A DNA stretch of 63,786 nucleotides, counting the filler, from Octopus bimaculoides (taxonomy: Eukaryota): NCBI RefSeq assembly GCF_001194135.2. It is 5 parts of 5 records of this genome, joined end to end, with 100 filler letters (N's around TTAATTAATTAA, not from the genome) between each part and the next. Parts side by side here need not be neighbours in the genome. Positions count along the whole stretch, not along the records: positions 1 to 28,463 come from NC_068984.1; positions 28,564 to 56,370 come from NC_068991.1; 3 more parts are not named here. One strand, written 5' to 3'. Every line of letters begins with the position of its first letter. Position 1 is the first letter of the stretch. Below, piece after piece: positions 28,178-40,520 of the stretch. The notes below the pieces were generated by a model, which saw only the letters and a list, made by a program, of their open reading frames with translations, was not told where the DNA came from and searched no databases. The position numbers and the translations under genes are program-made.

Positions 28178-28463
28178 TCGGACCTGGGACGCCGCCCATC
28201 CAACTGGACGCCGCCTCCAGGCCAATTCAGTAGCCTAGACTTGTTCGTGGACGACTGTAAGGCGTTGGTCGAGCGTTTCGACTTTAAAAAAAGACCCCTC
28301 CGGGCCAATCTCACCCGGGCCGAATCGGTCGCCCTCCGCAATCTCCGCCGCTGCGACGACATCGTCATCAAGCCGGCGGACAAAGGTGGAGCAGTGGTGG
28401 TGTGGCGCGCGGACCTTTACAAGAGGGAAGCGCTCAGCCAGCTTCACAATCCCCTCTTCTACC
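28178..28463 (+). mobile_element. Penelope-like element ORF fragment (N-terminal to RT)
   Basis: Uninterrupted frame SNWTPPPG...LDLFVDDC...NLTRAESVALRNLRRCDDIVIKPADKGGAVVVW...YKREALSQL, the typical PLE IKPADKG motif. Runs into a gap. Confidence 0.85.
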
Positions 28464-28563
28464 NNNNNNNNNNNNNNNNNNNNNNNNNNNNNNNNNNNNN
28501 NNNNNNNTTAATTAATTAANNNNNNNNNNNNNNNNNNNNNNNNNNNNNNNNNNNNNNNNNNNN
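28464..28563. other. Assembly spacer N-TTAATTAATTAA-N (also near 56415, 59684, 62528)
   Basis: The identical 12-mer inside N runs four times, with stops in all six frames: an artificial contig linker. Confidence 0.9.
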
Positions 28564-28764
28564 TATATATCATCATCATCATCATCGTTTAACGTCCGCT
28601 TTCCATGCTAGCATGGGTTGGACGATTTGACTGAGGACTGGTGAAACCGGATGGCAACACCAGGCTCCAGTCTGATTTGGCAGAGTTTCTACAGCTGGAT
28701 GCCCTTCATAGCATGTGATCACATGATTGACCAGAGTATCAGATGTTAGACGTTGCTGGTCACA

Positions 28765-29010
28765 AAGCACTTCAGATTTGTTTTAGCTTTCAAATGAAGC
28801 CATCCTGCTGGTTAGGCAGGGTGGCCAACAATGCCCCTGAATGGGGTGTTAGCCTGTCATAAGGTGTGCCTATTTACTGGTGAGTGTACTGGGGCAACGT
28901 GAAATGAAGTGTCTTGCTCAAGAAAAGAACACATCACCTGACTAAGGATTCAAAACCACAATCTCACGATCATGAATGTAACACACCTAACCACCAGACC
29001 ATATGCCTTC
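28765..29010 (-). mobile_element. tRNA-derived SINE family F (GAGCAAGACACTT motif)
   Basis: tRNA-like head near 29010. Related copies at about 30540, 35520-35630, 38520-38690, 48110-48420, 54270. Confidence 0.6.
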
Positions 29011-31687
29011 TTTTATTCATGTATGTATGTATGTAAAACTTACTTGAACTCGTCTAAGCTTAGCAGCCCTCCCTGTCTGTTTCCATTGTCTTGTTTTTGC
29101 TACTAATTTTGACCCTCAGCAAAATCTCAAATTTTATTTAATTTGCTTTGCAGGAGCAACTGTTATGTTGAAAACGTATCATTGTTGTGAATTGCTCAAA
29201 ATACAAAGTAACAAAACAGCTAACAACTGATAAAGGATCGTTTTTCATGCTGCTTGTATTGTTTTCCGTTTGTTTCTTTCGTTGTTTGCCAAAAAAGTTC
29301 GTATTCCATGTTTTCGTATTTTGTAATTCGTATTATTTTCGTATTTTATGTTGTTTACGTTCCGTGGTGTCTTGTGCCCATATATGCATGTATATACAAA
29401 TATATGTATGTACACATATATGTGTATGTATGCATATATATTTTTATATTATTTATATTATTATTATTATTATTATTATTATGTATATATTTATACACAC
29501 ACACATACACATGTACATAAGTACACTTGCAACCTACTGAAATTGTCTATGAACTGAATAATATGTTTTGTATATATATTTTCTTATATCTTCAGAAAAA
29601 GGCCTACCTTACTGAATCTAGGATTTGCTTGGACTTGAATTTCAGACCAATCAACTGCTATAGACAGTTTGGAAACTGTAAGGGAAAAGGCCAAGTGAAA
29701 TACCTTCCCAGTGGAAGCCGAAGTTTATATGCTCTGCATCTTGGAAGCATTCAGCCATTTCTTTTTCTTCTTATTCTTTTTTGGCTCTCATAAGCTATCA
29801 TGATGTAACATTTTCAATGCTTCATCTTTCAGTTAGTGTTTCTAGCGAGAGATTTAATTGTTGCAGTCCAATGACTGAAACAAGTTATCTTGTGCTTTAA
29901 GTATTTCATGACAATATTTCGTATAAAATATGTCTATGTCTTTCTATTAATTTCGAAAATAATCAAGAATTTGGTTGCATTTAACAAAATAATTAACTTT
30001 TATTTGATTGCTATATTAAATTAGTGTTAGCTAATGTTTGGAGCATAACGTAAGGGAAGATTCTTGCAGAAAATTCTAAAGGAGAACTTAATTTAAACCT
30101 GGAAATATACTTAATATTTAAATTAAGTATATTTCCAGATTAATTTAATTCTGGAAACTAAGGAAATTGATGCTTTTTATATCAAAGAACCAGAAATTGT
30201 CTCAAGTGATTTGGTTTGATAAGCAAATTTGCTCACATTCGTTATGTTATTTTTATAAATAATTCCCGCTAAAGTTTGGAAAAACTATTTTTAAATGAAT
30301 ATATAAGTAAATAAAAAAGAAGCAATGCTCCCCACAACCTTTGCAGTTTGTTGCTATGTAAAGAACTATGTAAACAAATCCTGTAAATGGACATTGATCA
30401 TGTGACAAATTCTGTAAATGTGGAAACATCAAAACATCGTGAATAAAGCATTTTCAAATAATTCTACACCTCTGGCTATTTATAGTAAAGTTTTTCCAGA
30501 CCTGGAAGCTGAAATAAAATGTATACCAGTGAAATATCAGTGAAGGCATGTGACCTAGTGCTTAGGGTATTGCACTCATAATTGAAAGGCTGTGGTTTCA
30601 GTTCCTGAAGAGGGCAGTGTGGTGCATTCAAAACACTTTTAGTCCACACTGTTGAATATGGAGGAATATTGTGATCTTGGTTGCTTAAACACCTTAGAAA
30701 CCAAGTGACCAGTTTTATGAGAGCTAGGAACTGAGACAGTAATGACGAGGGGTTGGTGGAGATGGTGAATGAAATATCAAACTCTGTGTTAGTGCCATAC
30801 GAAAAGCACCAGTTCTGGCTCCTTGTGAAAAGCACTGGTGCTGGTTCCATGTGAAAAGCACTTGGAGTAAAGATTGTTTGCCAACATAACATGGCAGTCC
30901 TGGTTTAGGACGAATGTTGCTGTGATTTAGACCCAGGAGACATCATCTCCAGCTGGCTACATGACACGATCTGTGTCCTTATATTTAAAAAAAAAAAAAT
31001 TAAAATAAATAAATATATATNNNNNNNNNNNNNNNNNNNNNNNNNNNNNNNNNNNNNNNNNNNNNNNNNNNNNNNNNNNNNNNNNNNNNNNNNNNNNNNN
31101 NNNNNNNNNNNNNNNNNNNNNNNNNNNNNNNNNNNNNNNNNNNNNNNNNNNNNNNNNNNNNNNNNNNNNNNNNNNNNNNNNNNNNNNNNNNNNNNNNNNN
31201 NNNNNNNNNNNNNNNNNNNNNNNNNNNNNNNNNNNNNNNNNNNNNNNNNNNNNNNNNNNNNNNNNNNNNNNNNNNNNNNNNNNNNNNNNNNNNNNNNNNN
31301 NNNNNNNNNNNNNNNNNNNNNNNNNNNNNNNNNNNNNNNNNNNNNNNNNNNNNNNNNNNNNNNNNNNNNNNNNNNNNNNNNNNNNNNNNNNNNNNNNNNN
31401 NNNNNNNNNNNNNNNNNNNNNNNNNNNNNNNNNNNNNNNNNNNNNNNNNNNNNNNNNNNNNNNNNNNNNNNNNNNNNNNNNNNNNNNNNNNNNNNNNNNN
31501 NNNNNNNNNNNNNNNNNNNNNNNNNNNNNNNNNNNNNNNNNNNNNNNNNNNNNNNNNNNNNNNNNNNNNNNNNNNNNNNNNNNNNNNNNNNNNNNNNNNN
31601 NNNNNNNNNNNNNNNNNNNNNNNNNNNNNNNNNNNNNNNNNNNNNNNNNNNNNNNNNNNNNNNNNNNNNNNNNNNNNNNNNNNNNNN

Positions 31688-31875
31688 NCGTGCGGGTGAC
31701 ACGTAAAAGCACCCACTACACTCTCTGAGTGGTTGGCGTTAGGAAGGGCATCCAGCTGTAGAAACTCTGCCAAATCAGACTGGAGCCTGGTGTTGCCATC
31801 CGGTTTCACCAGTCCTCAGTCAAATCGTCCAACCCATGCTAGCATGGAAAGCGGACGTTAAACGATGATGATGAT
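31688..31875 (+). mobile_element. RTE 3'-end copy (...TTAGGAAGGGCATCCAGCTG...GGACGTTAAACGATGATG)
   Basis: Same terminus as the 58258 LINE. Further copies at 28565(-), 32140, 33985, 38695, 42715(-), 45365, 46800(-), 48790(-), 57110. Confidence 0.85.
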
Positions 31876-32499
31876 ATATAAGGACACAGATCGTGTCTTA
31901 TAGCCAGCTGGAGATGATGTCTCCTGGGGCTAAATCACAGCAACATTCGTCCTAAACCAGGACTGCCATGTTATGTTGGCAAACAATCTTTACTCCAAAG
32001 TACTGTTTCTGAATATCTTTCGTGAGATTTACAAATAGAAATTTTCTAATTAAAAAGCACTTGTTTTGGAGTAAAGGACAGAGAACCCAGCTGAAGAAAT
32101 AATCTTTCAAGGGGTCATCCTAGCTCCTTTTCTCCTTGTTCTGGTGCCATGTATAAAACACCAGTGCTGGTGGCATGTAAAAGGCACTGATGCTGGTCTC
32201 ACTTAATATGCACTGGTGTTGATGCTACATAAAAAAAACTCCCAGCACACACTGTAAAATGGTTGGCATTAGGAAGGGCATTGAGCCATAGAAACCATGC
32301 CAAAACAGACAACGGAACCTGGTGCATCCTCCAGCCTTACCAAGCTCATCAAACCATCCAACCATGGAACATGGATGTTAAGCGATGATGATGAAGGATA
32401 ATATGTATTCACAAATGTGGGACAACACTAGCTGCAATATTAATATATGCACACTTAAAACAGCATTGATTTAAGTAATGATGTCTATAAAATAATTCA

Positions 32500-33850
32500 T
32501 ATATAAATAACTTAATTTGGACCATGACATTGGTCAGTCCTACTGTCTTCTATACCCTTTGCTTCTCTCTGCAGTCATGAATTTATCCTCTATTCAAATA
32601 AGTCATCTTAAGAGACAGCACTTCAACTTGCTGATCATCTCCCACCCTATCATTCTCATACATATCACACCCTCACTGGCTTTGGTTAGTTCACCTAAGG
32701 ATCTATCAATTTCTCTGATGATGTTGAGTACATGAGCTTTGGCAATCATCTTCATGTTGTCCCATTCACCTAGAGAGTAGACAAGTAGAGATACTCAAAC
32801 GTTGAGAGTATCTTTCATTAGATTTAGTTGGTGGTGGTTCTCAATTTCTGACAAGTTTACCAAGATCAAATGGTAGTAGCTTACCTGGATGCCTAATTTG
32901 TGTGTGTATAAGTCCACAAATCTCTTTGTCAACAAAATGTCGCCTCGACTTGGATTGGTTCAATTCGTTGGAAAAGCAGGAACATCTTAACACTGCATTC
33001 TGTCAACTCTATGGAGATGATACGGCTCTGTCTTCGAATTAACTGACATAAGTGGAGCTGTTGTTGTTTGGTGTATGAACTTCTCAGTACAGGAAGTGGT
33101 CTGTAACCTTAATAACAGTAGCAGCTCTATTTCCAGTTATCTCCCCTGAAACCCTCTCTCAATATCTCAACAAACTTATATTGTCTCTAGTTGTTGCTCT
33201 CTCATTTCTCCTTATCTTTTATTCTGAAACGTGGCTGCTTCTGTACACCATCCTCTGCAACTTTTACTTTCTACAATTAGATCCTGTAACCACAACAAAT
33301 CACTCTCAAAGAAATTCCATACCCCTCATTAAAAAGTGGCCAAAAAGGGTAAATAATCATGGAGAGAGAGATAAACGTTCTGATAATGTCTTCGTCATCT
33401 CTGCTTAATGGTGAGGCCTTTGTCTTGGAAGGGGTCAAGATTTTGTTTCAGGATGTAATTCACTACACTCACAAGGAGAAAAGGAGCTAGGATGACCCCT
33501 TGAAGGATTGTTTCTTCAGCTGGGTTCTCTGTCCTTTACTCAAAAATTGATGGGATGTCATGCATGATGGTGAAGGGTTTGATATCTCATCTTCAACGCC
33601 ATAGTTCAACAAGGTTCTTCTGTTGATATGGCTTAAAGAAATCCACAGTTGATGTCTTTTGCTTGGAGATTCTGAGTTCTTCAATAATTTTTATAAGAGT
33701 AAAGATCTGTGGTAGGGTTCATTTGCTTTTACAGAAGCAGTTTTGGTCCCATGGTAGTAGAGCATTATTTTCAGTAATACACCTCTCTAGCTCCTGGGCT
33801 GTGTTACTCAAGATTAATTCATGGATACATACTGAATTAATTTTAACCCA
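32500..33850 (-). mobile_element. Heavily decayed RTE-like reverse transcriptase region
   Basis: Frameshifted motifs in the expected order: LLPWDQNCFCKSK*TLPQIFTLIKIIEE, VDFFKPY, ILQGVILAPFLLVSVVNYILKQ, KVTDHFLY, LLTKRFVDLYT. Confidence 0.65.
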
Positions 33851-36344
33851 TCCATGAGGGGAGCTGAGTATCTCTTCTATAATAAAAGACAACTCTCTCT
33901 CCCTCTTTCATACTCTAACCCCTTGTTTGGCACTTAGTTACTTCCTTCAGTTCCACTCCCTCTCTCAGCTGGGAGGGCTTTGTCTTGCAAGCTACTTGGT
34001 GACCCCTACTGGTGTTGGGGGGGTGGGGTGTAAAAAGCACCTGTGCTGGTGTCATGTAAAATGCACCCAGTACTCGCTATAAAATGGTTGGCATTAGGAA
34101 GGGCATCCAACTGTAGAAACCCTGTCAAAACAGACAGTTAGAACCTGGTGCAGTTCTCTGACTTCCCAGCTCCTGCTAAGCTGTCCAACCCATGCCAGCA
34201 TGGAAAACGGATATTAAATGATGATGATGATGAGTGGGGGATGTTTTTGGTTTTTACAAAATAAAATAAAAGAAAATACCAATGAGAAAAATATCTTTTA
34301 TTTGTCATATAATATATAACATGTAAGTATATATTTATATATATATATGTATGTGTAGCATATATAATGCATACACATAAATACTGTATAATTAGTGGAG
34401 GGGGGGCACTTTCGTTTTGATCAGGAATGCTACAAGATTGCTGATATATTGCACAGAAAGATGATTGATAAAAGTGATGGAAGAGAAAAGCAGATATTGT
34501 ATATAACATAGCAGAAGCTTGTCAGGGTTTGATTTTAAAACTACTTCTGATCAGAATGGTTTGTTCGTTAAACTGCATCAGATATTCAAAGTTTATTTGT
34601 ATCGTATAAGAACGTTAGCTTTAAATCTATTGTGAAATTGTATGGTTTGTTTGTAAGAACATCATGCATTGGAAGTTAATCATTAAAGCCTCAATAATCC
34701 AGTCATTGAGGATGAATTAATCATTGGGTTGTATAATGAATCAGTCATTAGGAGGGAATACAAATGGTTCAGTGGATAATTGACTAATTGGTATGATTCA
34801 TTACTGAGCAATAATTACGGAGAATAATCAACTTAGTCTCCTTAATTACATTTGGACCCTTGGCAAATCAATGTACCCTGTTGGTTTTCACAGTTTAGTC
34901 AGGTTGGACTTTAGTCTCAGAAAGAAAGGGAGGTTTTATTTCAGATCTTGTAACAGTCTCATATCAAGGCAAACTACACTATTTGGCATCAGATAGGATA
35001 ATCCCCTGCTACTTCTTGGTTAAGGGAGGGCGGTGGCATTTTAGTATTTAAGAGGGTGAAAATAACAAAGAATGAAGAGACATTCAAGTGAAAAACAACT
35101 CTTTTCAACTGTTGTTGTTGTTGTTGTTTGCCCTTCCCCAACTCAACTCTGATTCAGCTGACCTATGATTAAAAGCATTCTAAAAGCATTCTAATCTTGA
35201 CCTGCCCCATCCATGTTTTTAGGGTTATCTAAGATTACAGGAACTAATGTCACCTTTCCATTTTTTAAAGACAAAATGGCTGTAATTTGAAAGAATTTAA
35301 CTGTTGTTACTAGAAGAGAAACAAGCAAAACACTGGTTGCCATTGGTTATGACAATGAGGGTTCCAGTTGATCCGATCAACGGAACAGCCTGCTTGTGAA
35401 ATCAACATGCAAGTGGCTGAGCACTCCACAGACATGTGTACCCTTAATGTAGTTCCCAGGGAGATAGAGTATGATACACAATGTGTCAAGGCCGGCCCTT
35501 TGAATTACAGGTAAAATTCATTTTTTGCTGGCTGAGTGGATGGGAGCAAAGTGAAATAAAGTGTCTTGCTCAAGGACACAATCGCACAATTATGAGCCGC
35601 ATGCTCTAACCACTAAGCTATGTGCCTTCACCACTGTTGTCTCTCTCTAAGCAGAGGGTTAAGCAACCACATAAGGATTCCTGATACATTGAGGTGTTAC
35701 ACAAACAGCTTCAAGTGTCGCAATAAAAGTGTTTTGGAAAGAATTAAAGGATAATTAATTGATAGGAAAGCCGTTAACATGTCAAAGCAAGCCTTTGCAA
35801 ATGTTGGCGCAAGTTACTGAGAACATTGTGAGAGAAAGCAGTAAAATCTCCTGGCAATGAAAGTATTGTAGAGAAAATGCCAGTAGTTATGGTTTCATAG
35901 CAAGCCAACAGAAGTGGAACTTAAGCTGCCTTTAGTGCCACAGTGAGTTGTAAGGAGTACCATGGGATTTTCTACAGACATTCCTAATGCTGGGTTGTCA
36001 GAAAAAGTCATTTGCCTTTCATATTTGGCACTCCTTAGTCATGTGTCTGAAAAGAGGTAAAATTTATTGAAATTTCAAAAAAACAATAAACCAAATTTGT
36101 AGAGGAGGAATGGAGCTATAAAAATCCACGAAACACAACAATAAAAACAAAAAGGCTTTTGTGTGAATTGAAATAACATTGGAAAGGATTAAAATAAATG
36201 GAAAACAACCTAATTCTTCAAACTTTGAGAGTGAAATCACTACCTAGAGGTTTATAAAGGTTTTCATTAAAATTAATGGATTCGTGAGTCAGATTTAAAG
36301 GAAAAAGTTGAAAAATTTTTGTTATTTAAAACAAGAAAAGTATC

Positions 36345-36378
<34 letters not shown>

Positions 36379-36655
36379 GTGTGTGCATATATGTATATGT
36401 ATATATTGTTTGTTTTCATAAAATAATATAATAATAAAAACAATTTAACAGAAAACTGTAGAATTACATATTCATTGTATTTTTACAAAATGGCTGGTGA
36501 CAGAGACTTCAGCCAGCTAAACCAAATGATGGCCTAGTTGGTCGAAACTTCGAAGTCACTATTGATACCATTCTTGTTAAAGAATAACAAATCAACTAAT
36601 TCTTCAGCTTAATGTAAAATTGTTTTTATTATAACTTACATAAAAACAAACATTG

Positions 36656-36696
<41 letters not shown>

Positions 36697-37227
36697 AAAA
36701 TGAAAAAAAGCCAGAATGCTGAACTGGAAGCATAATTCCTGTTGGGAAAAAAAGAGTTCATAACTCTAACTAAAAACACTTGTCTCCCCTTACACACACT
36801 TCCTGTTTTGACACCACATTTCCTGCTTAACACAAACTTTTAACCNNNNNNNNNNNNNNNNNNNNNNNNNNNNNNNNNNNNNNNNNNNNNNNNNNNNNNN
36901 NNNNNNNNNNNNNNNNNNNNNNNNNNNNNNNNNNNNNNNNNNNNNNNNNNNNNNNNNNNNNNNNNNNNNNNNNNNNNNNNNNNNNNNNNNNNNNNNNNNN
37001 NNNNNNNNNNNNNNNNNNNNNNNNNNNNNNNNNNNNNNNNNNNNNNNNNNNNNNNNNNNNNNNNNNNNNNNNNNNNNNNNNNNNNNNNNNNNNNNNNNNN
37101 NNNNNNNNNNNNNNNNNNNNNNNNNNNNNNNNNNNNNNNNNNNNNNNNNNNNNNNNNNNNNNNNNNNNNNNNNNNNNNNNNNNNNNNNNNNNNNNNNNNN
37201 NNNNNNNNNNNNNNNNNNNNNNNNNNN

Positions 37228-37267
<40 letters not shown>

Positions 37268-37582
37268 TACATATTAATAAATCTGCAAAGATATCACAAA
37301 AAAATGGGGAAAAAAAGAATATTACTCTACCTCTGGTATTTGAGTACTATTTTTTCCACCTTGTTTCACATATACTCTGCTATATATTTACATATACTTA
37401 TATGATAGGGTTGAAATGCAAGTTGTGTACTCTTGAAGCACATCTGCTTATTCCAGTATTCCAAATACATTTGTAGATGTCGTATTATGTGAGATATGCA
37501 TAAGAGTTGAACGATATTGGAGCTATTATTTGCAGAGTAAGTATATATCAAAACAGGAGATTGGAAACATCTTTTGGTATTA

Positions 37583-37588
37583 TTTATT
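37583..37588 (-). terminator. Candidate Arpin polyadenylation signal AATAAA
   Basis: AATAAA on the minus strand about 520 nt after the stop codon. The motif is common in AT-rich DNA. Confidence 0.25.
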
Positions 37589-38105
37589 CACCATTACACA
37601 TGTTTCATTTGCTAATAGGAGTTACAAACTTGCATATATAGGAGAAACAGACTGTATCACCCATTAGAGTTTCTTCATTCAGAGAAGAAAAAAAAAATTA
37701 TGAAAAAGTTTAAATTTGGATGAAGCGTTTATCTTACATGTACAATTTTATAATTCCTATTAGTGAATGAAACATGTGTAATGGTCACTAAGTAATACCA
37801 AAAACTTTTTCCAGTCTCTTGTTTTGACATGCATACGTACATACATTCATGTAATGTGCAAAAATAAAAAAAAAAATATGGAGATAAAATTTAAAAAATA
37901 CAAAATACATTGTAGGCTGATGAATATTATCATGGATGATTAGGGGACATAAAAAAAGGGGGCTTTAAGCTAAATATTCAGGAGTAGGGCTTCTGTTGTA
38001 GTTCTATAGAAAAATGATGAATTTGAACTGTTGAAGTGTTGTATCTCTCTGTTTTTCTTTTTCTTTCTTCCTGCACATTTGTCCACCTTTGTCTGTGTGT
38101 CTGTC

Positions 38106-38114
38106 TTAGTCATC
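38106..38114 (-). CDS. ARPIN: Arpin last coding exon (DD-stop), completing the acidic ...DDEWDD tail
   Basis: Acceptor catctttattttcag|GATGACTAA, phase 0. Reproduces the human C-terminus EEWDD*. Confidence 0.88.
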   Translation of the reverse strand, partial: DD

Positions 38115-38911
38115 CTGAAAATAAAGATGTAAAGAAAAGGCTATTTACTAAACAGCTGAAATATCCCAGAATACAATGGCAAGTGTTATTGTGTGACCTT
38201 ATGATAAAAAAGCATTTCAGCCTTGATTGTCCTGTCTTCTATTTATAAGGGACTACATTATCCAAAGAGTCAGTTTTAGGGTTGTAGGATGAGTGTAACT
38301 TTAAGGTAGTAGATCTCTGATGGACTTGGTTCTATAGAAGTCACAGGAATGACAACTAAGGAGTGAGAAGAAACCAAAAATAATAAAGCAAGCATTTGTT
38401 TATGACTGTCTTCATCATTTTCAGAAGTGATGGAGGTTGAAAACACCTGGTTCTGGTGTTGACAGAGATCAGAGAAGTTATCCTTCAAGAAAGAGGAGGG
38501 GGAGGGGGAGTAGTATGTCAGGGCCTAGAAGTCATAGGGCTGGTTACCTGGTTTCCATGGTATTATAAAGTGACAGAGAACACAACAGGAAGCCTGTCCC
38601 TTTCAAGGTAACATGTTTTCAGCAGAATGGACTGGAGCAATACGAGATGAATTATTTTTTTCCCTTAAGAACAGAATGCACTGTTGTGGTTGTTGCCAGC
38701 TCCCTCTGGCCCCTGTGCCAGTGGCACATAAAAGACACCCACTACACTCTCGGAGTGGTTGGCATTAGGAAGGGCATCTAGCCATAGAAAACCATGCCAA
38801 ATGAGACGGGAGCCTGGTGCAGCCTCCTAGCTTCCCAGACTCAAGTCGAACCGTCCAACCCATGCCAGCATGGAAAACGGACATTAAACGATGATGATGA
38901 TGATGATGGCT

Positions 38912-38925
38912 GTTGCTATGGTAAC
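38912..38925. promoter_or_regulatory. RFX X-box GTTGCTATGGTAAC in the last Arpin intron
   Basis: Near-palindromic 14-mer matching the RFX consensus. Confidence 0.4.
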
Positions 38926-39185
38926 AGAGCTAAAGTATGCAGAGTGAAGCCACTTGGCACACATTGACCTTTGAACTCTGTCTTGCATGCATAATAAGGT
39001 ATATATGTTTTTGCTCTCTTGCTCAACAGAAACAAAAGGAGATTCAATGCTGAATTGCTGTGTGTTGTAGTTTTCTTTTTACAGCATCAGTTCTGATGAC
39101 ATTTTGATCCACAACACACAGCAACAGGAGTCAGAAAAATGCTTTTAAAACGCAAACAGGACACAGTTGCTGCTCATTGACTTAC

Positions 39186-39358
39186 CCATTCATCGTCACC
39201 TGCACATTCACCCTGGGCAGCAGCTGCAGCTGCACTGGGTGCGTCAGTCAGTTTCAGGTTCATGATTTTCTGTGTCCAGCTTGATCCAATGTCCTCACCA
39301 CCACTATAGTTACTTACTGTCACTGGTTCTCCATTTGCGTCCAGCTTGACAATGCTCT
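39186..39358 (-). CDS. ARPIN: Arpin coding exon 5 (SIVKLDANG...GSSWTQKIM...QGECAGDDEW)
   Basis: Acceptor ctcttgttgcttacag|, donor TGG|gtaagt, 173 nt, phase 1 to 0. Matches human SLAKLEAG...GASWTDNIM...EDEEW. Confidence 0.95.
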
Positions 39359-40200
39359 CTGTAAGCAACAAGAGAAGACTTTTGTTAGAGAGAGACAAAG
39401 AAAAGCACCAATGATTGATGACTTGTTATGTGACACAGGGAGGGGAAGGAGGAGACAATTGTTAATATAATGCAAAAGCAGGGAGGAGAGAGGTGGAAGA
39501 AAGGGGCTGGGGAAGCCAGTGATATCATCATCATCATCATTATCATTGTTTTAATGTTAACATTTCCATACTTGCATGGGTTAGATGGAATTTTGTTGAG
39601 GTGGATTTTCTATGGCTGGAGGCCTTCCCTGCCACCAACTCTCCAAGTGGAGTAATAATTTCTCATGACCAGACATGTTTTCACAGAAGATTGCATGAAT
39701 GGTGAAACTTGTTTCCAATTATCACACAAAGTTAAGACAAAAAGTTGCTAATGCTCTCTCTCACACACATACACACACGTGTTTGTGAGTGTATATTGTG
39801 TATGTATATTTGTGTGTGTGTGTGTATATACAAGTACATGATGGACTTCTTTCAGTTTCCAGCTATCTAATTCACCCACACAAGTCTTTAGTTGACCTGG
39901 GGCTATAATAAAAACCCGATGCCCAAGGTATGACTGAATCCCAGAACCATGTGGTTGGGAAGCAAACTTCTTACCACACAGCCACTTTCTCTAGATTTAT
40001 TGTAATATCTCTGTGTGACTATTTACTGGTTGCATACCAAGGACCTTTTTGCATATTCCATCTTCAAATTATGAATACTATGATTATTACATAAGTCCAA
40101 GCTTCCTGAAACAGATGTTGAGTTAAGAAATTAAGTAATATTTTCATAGTACTCTGTATTTTTTATGTTCTATCTAAATATATTTGTATGTATGTGTCTA

Positions 40201-40242
<42 letters not shown>

Positions 40243-40244
40243 CA

Positions 40245-40520
40245 CACAGCTATACTCCTTCGTAGTGAGACATGGGCTCTGAGTGCAGAAGACATGCATA
40301 GTCTGGAGAAAAATGAAGGCAGTATGCTCTGTTGGATGTACAACATCAGTGCGCATGTATGACAAAGTGTAAATGTATTGAGAGAAAAGTTGGGCATAAG
40401 AGAAATCAAATGTAGGATGCAAGAGAGAAGACTACATTGGTTTGGACATGTGATGTGTATGAATGAGGACAGCTGCATAAAGAAGTGCTGATCACTGAAA
40501 GTGAATGGTACCCACAGAAG
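40245..40520 (+). mobile_element. RTE LINE ORF fragment in Arpin intron 4 (antisense)
   Basis: SETWALSAEDMHSLEKNEGSMLCWM...RRLHWFGHVMCMNEDSCIKKC. Confidence 0.85.

Noticed and set aside
28508-28519. Recurrent TTAATTAATTAA motif as a biological site
   Set aside because: It is always embedded in N runs, so it is an assembly linker. Contiguity across these joins, including the edge of the CpG-poor domain, is uncertain.
30099-30138. Perfect 17-bp-arm palindrome
   Set aside because: It is AT-rich and lies inside an old repeat-like segment, with no supporting context.
32770-32884. Apparent 115-nt GT-AG intron joining ...QIRHP|GEWDNMK... on the minus strand
   Set aside because: The surrounding frames carry RT motifs of a decayed RTE LINE in order, so the splice-like sites are probably coincidental.
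28500-38100. AP3S2-like exons downstream of Arpin (human neighbour and read-through partner)
   Set aside because: I saw no sigma-adaptin-like peptide on the minus strand; the gaps could hide one.
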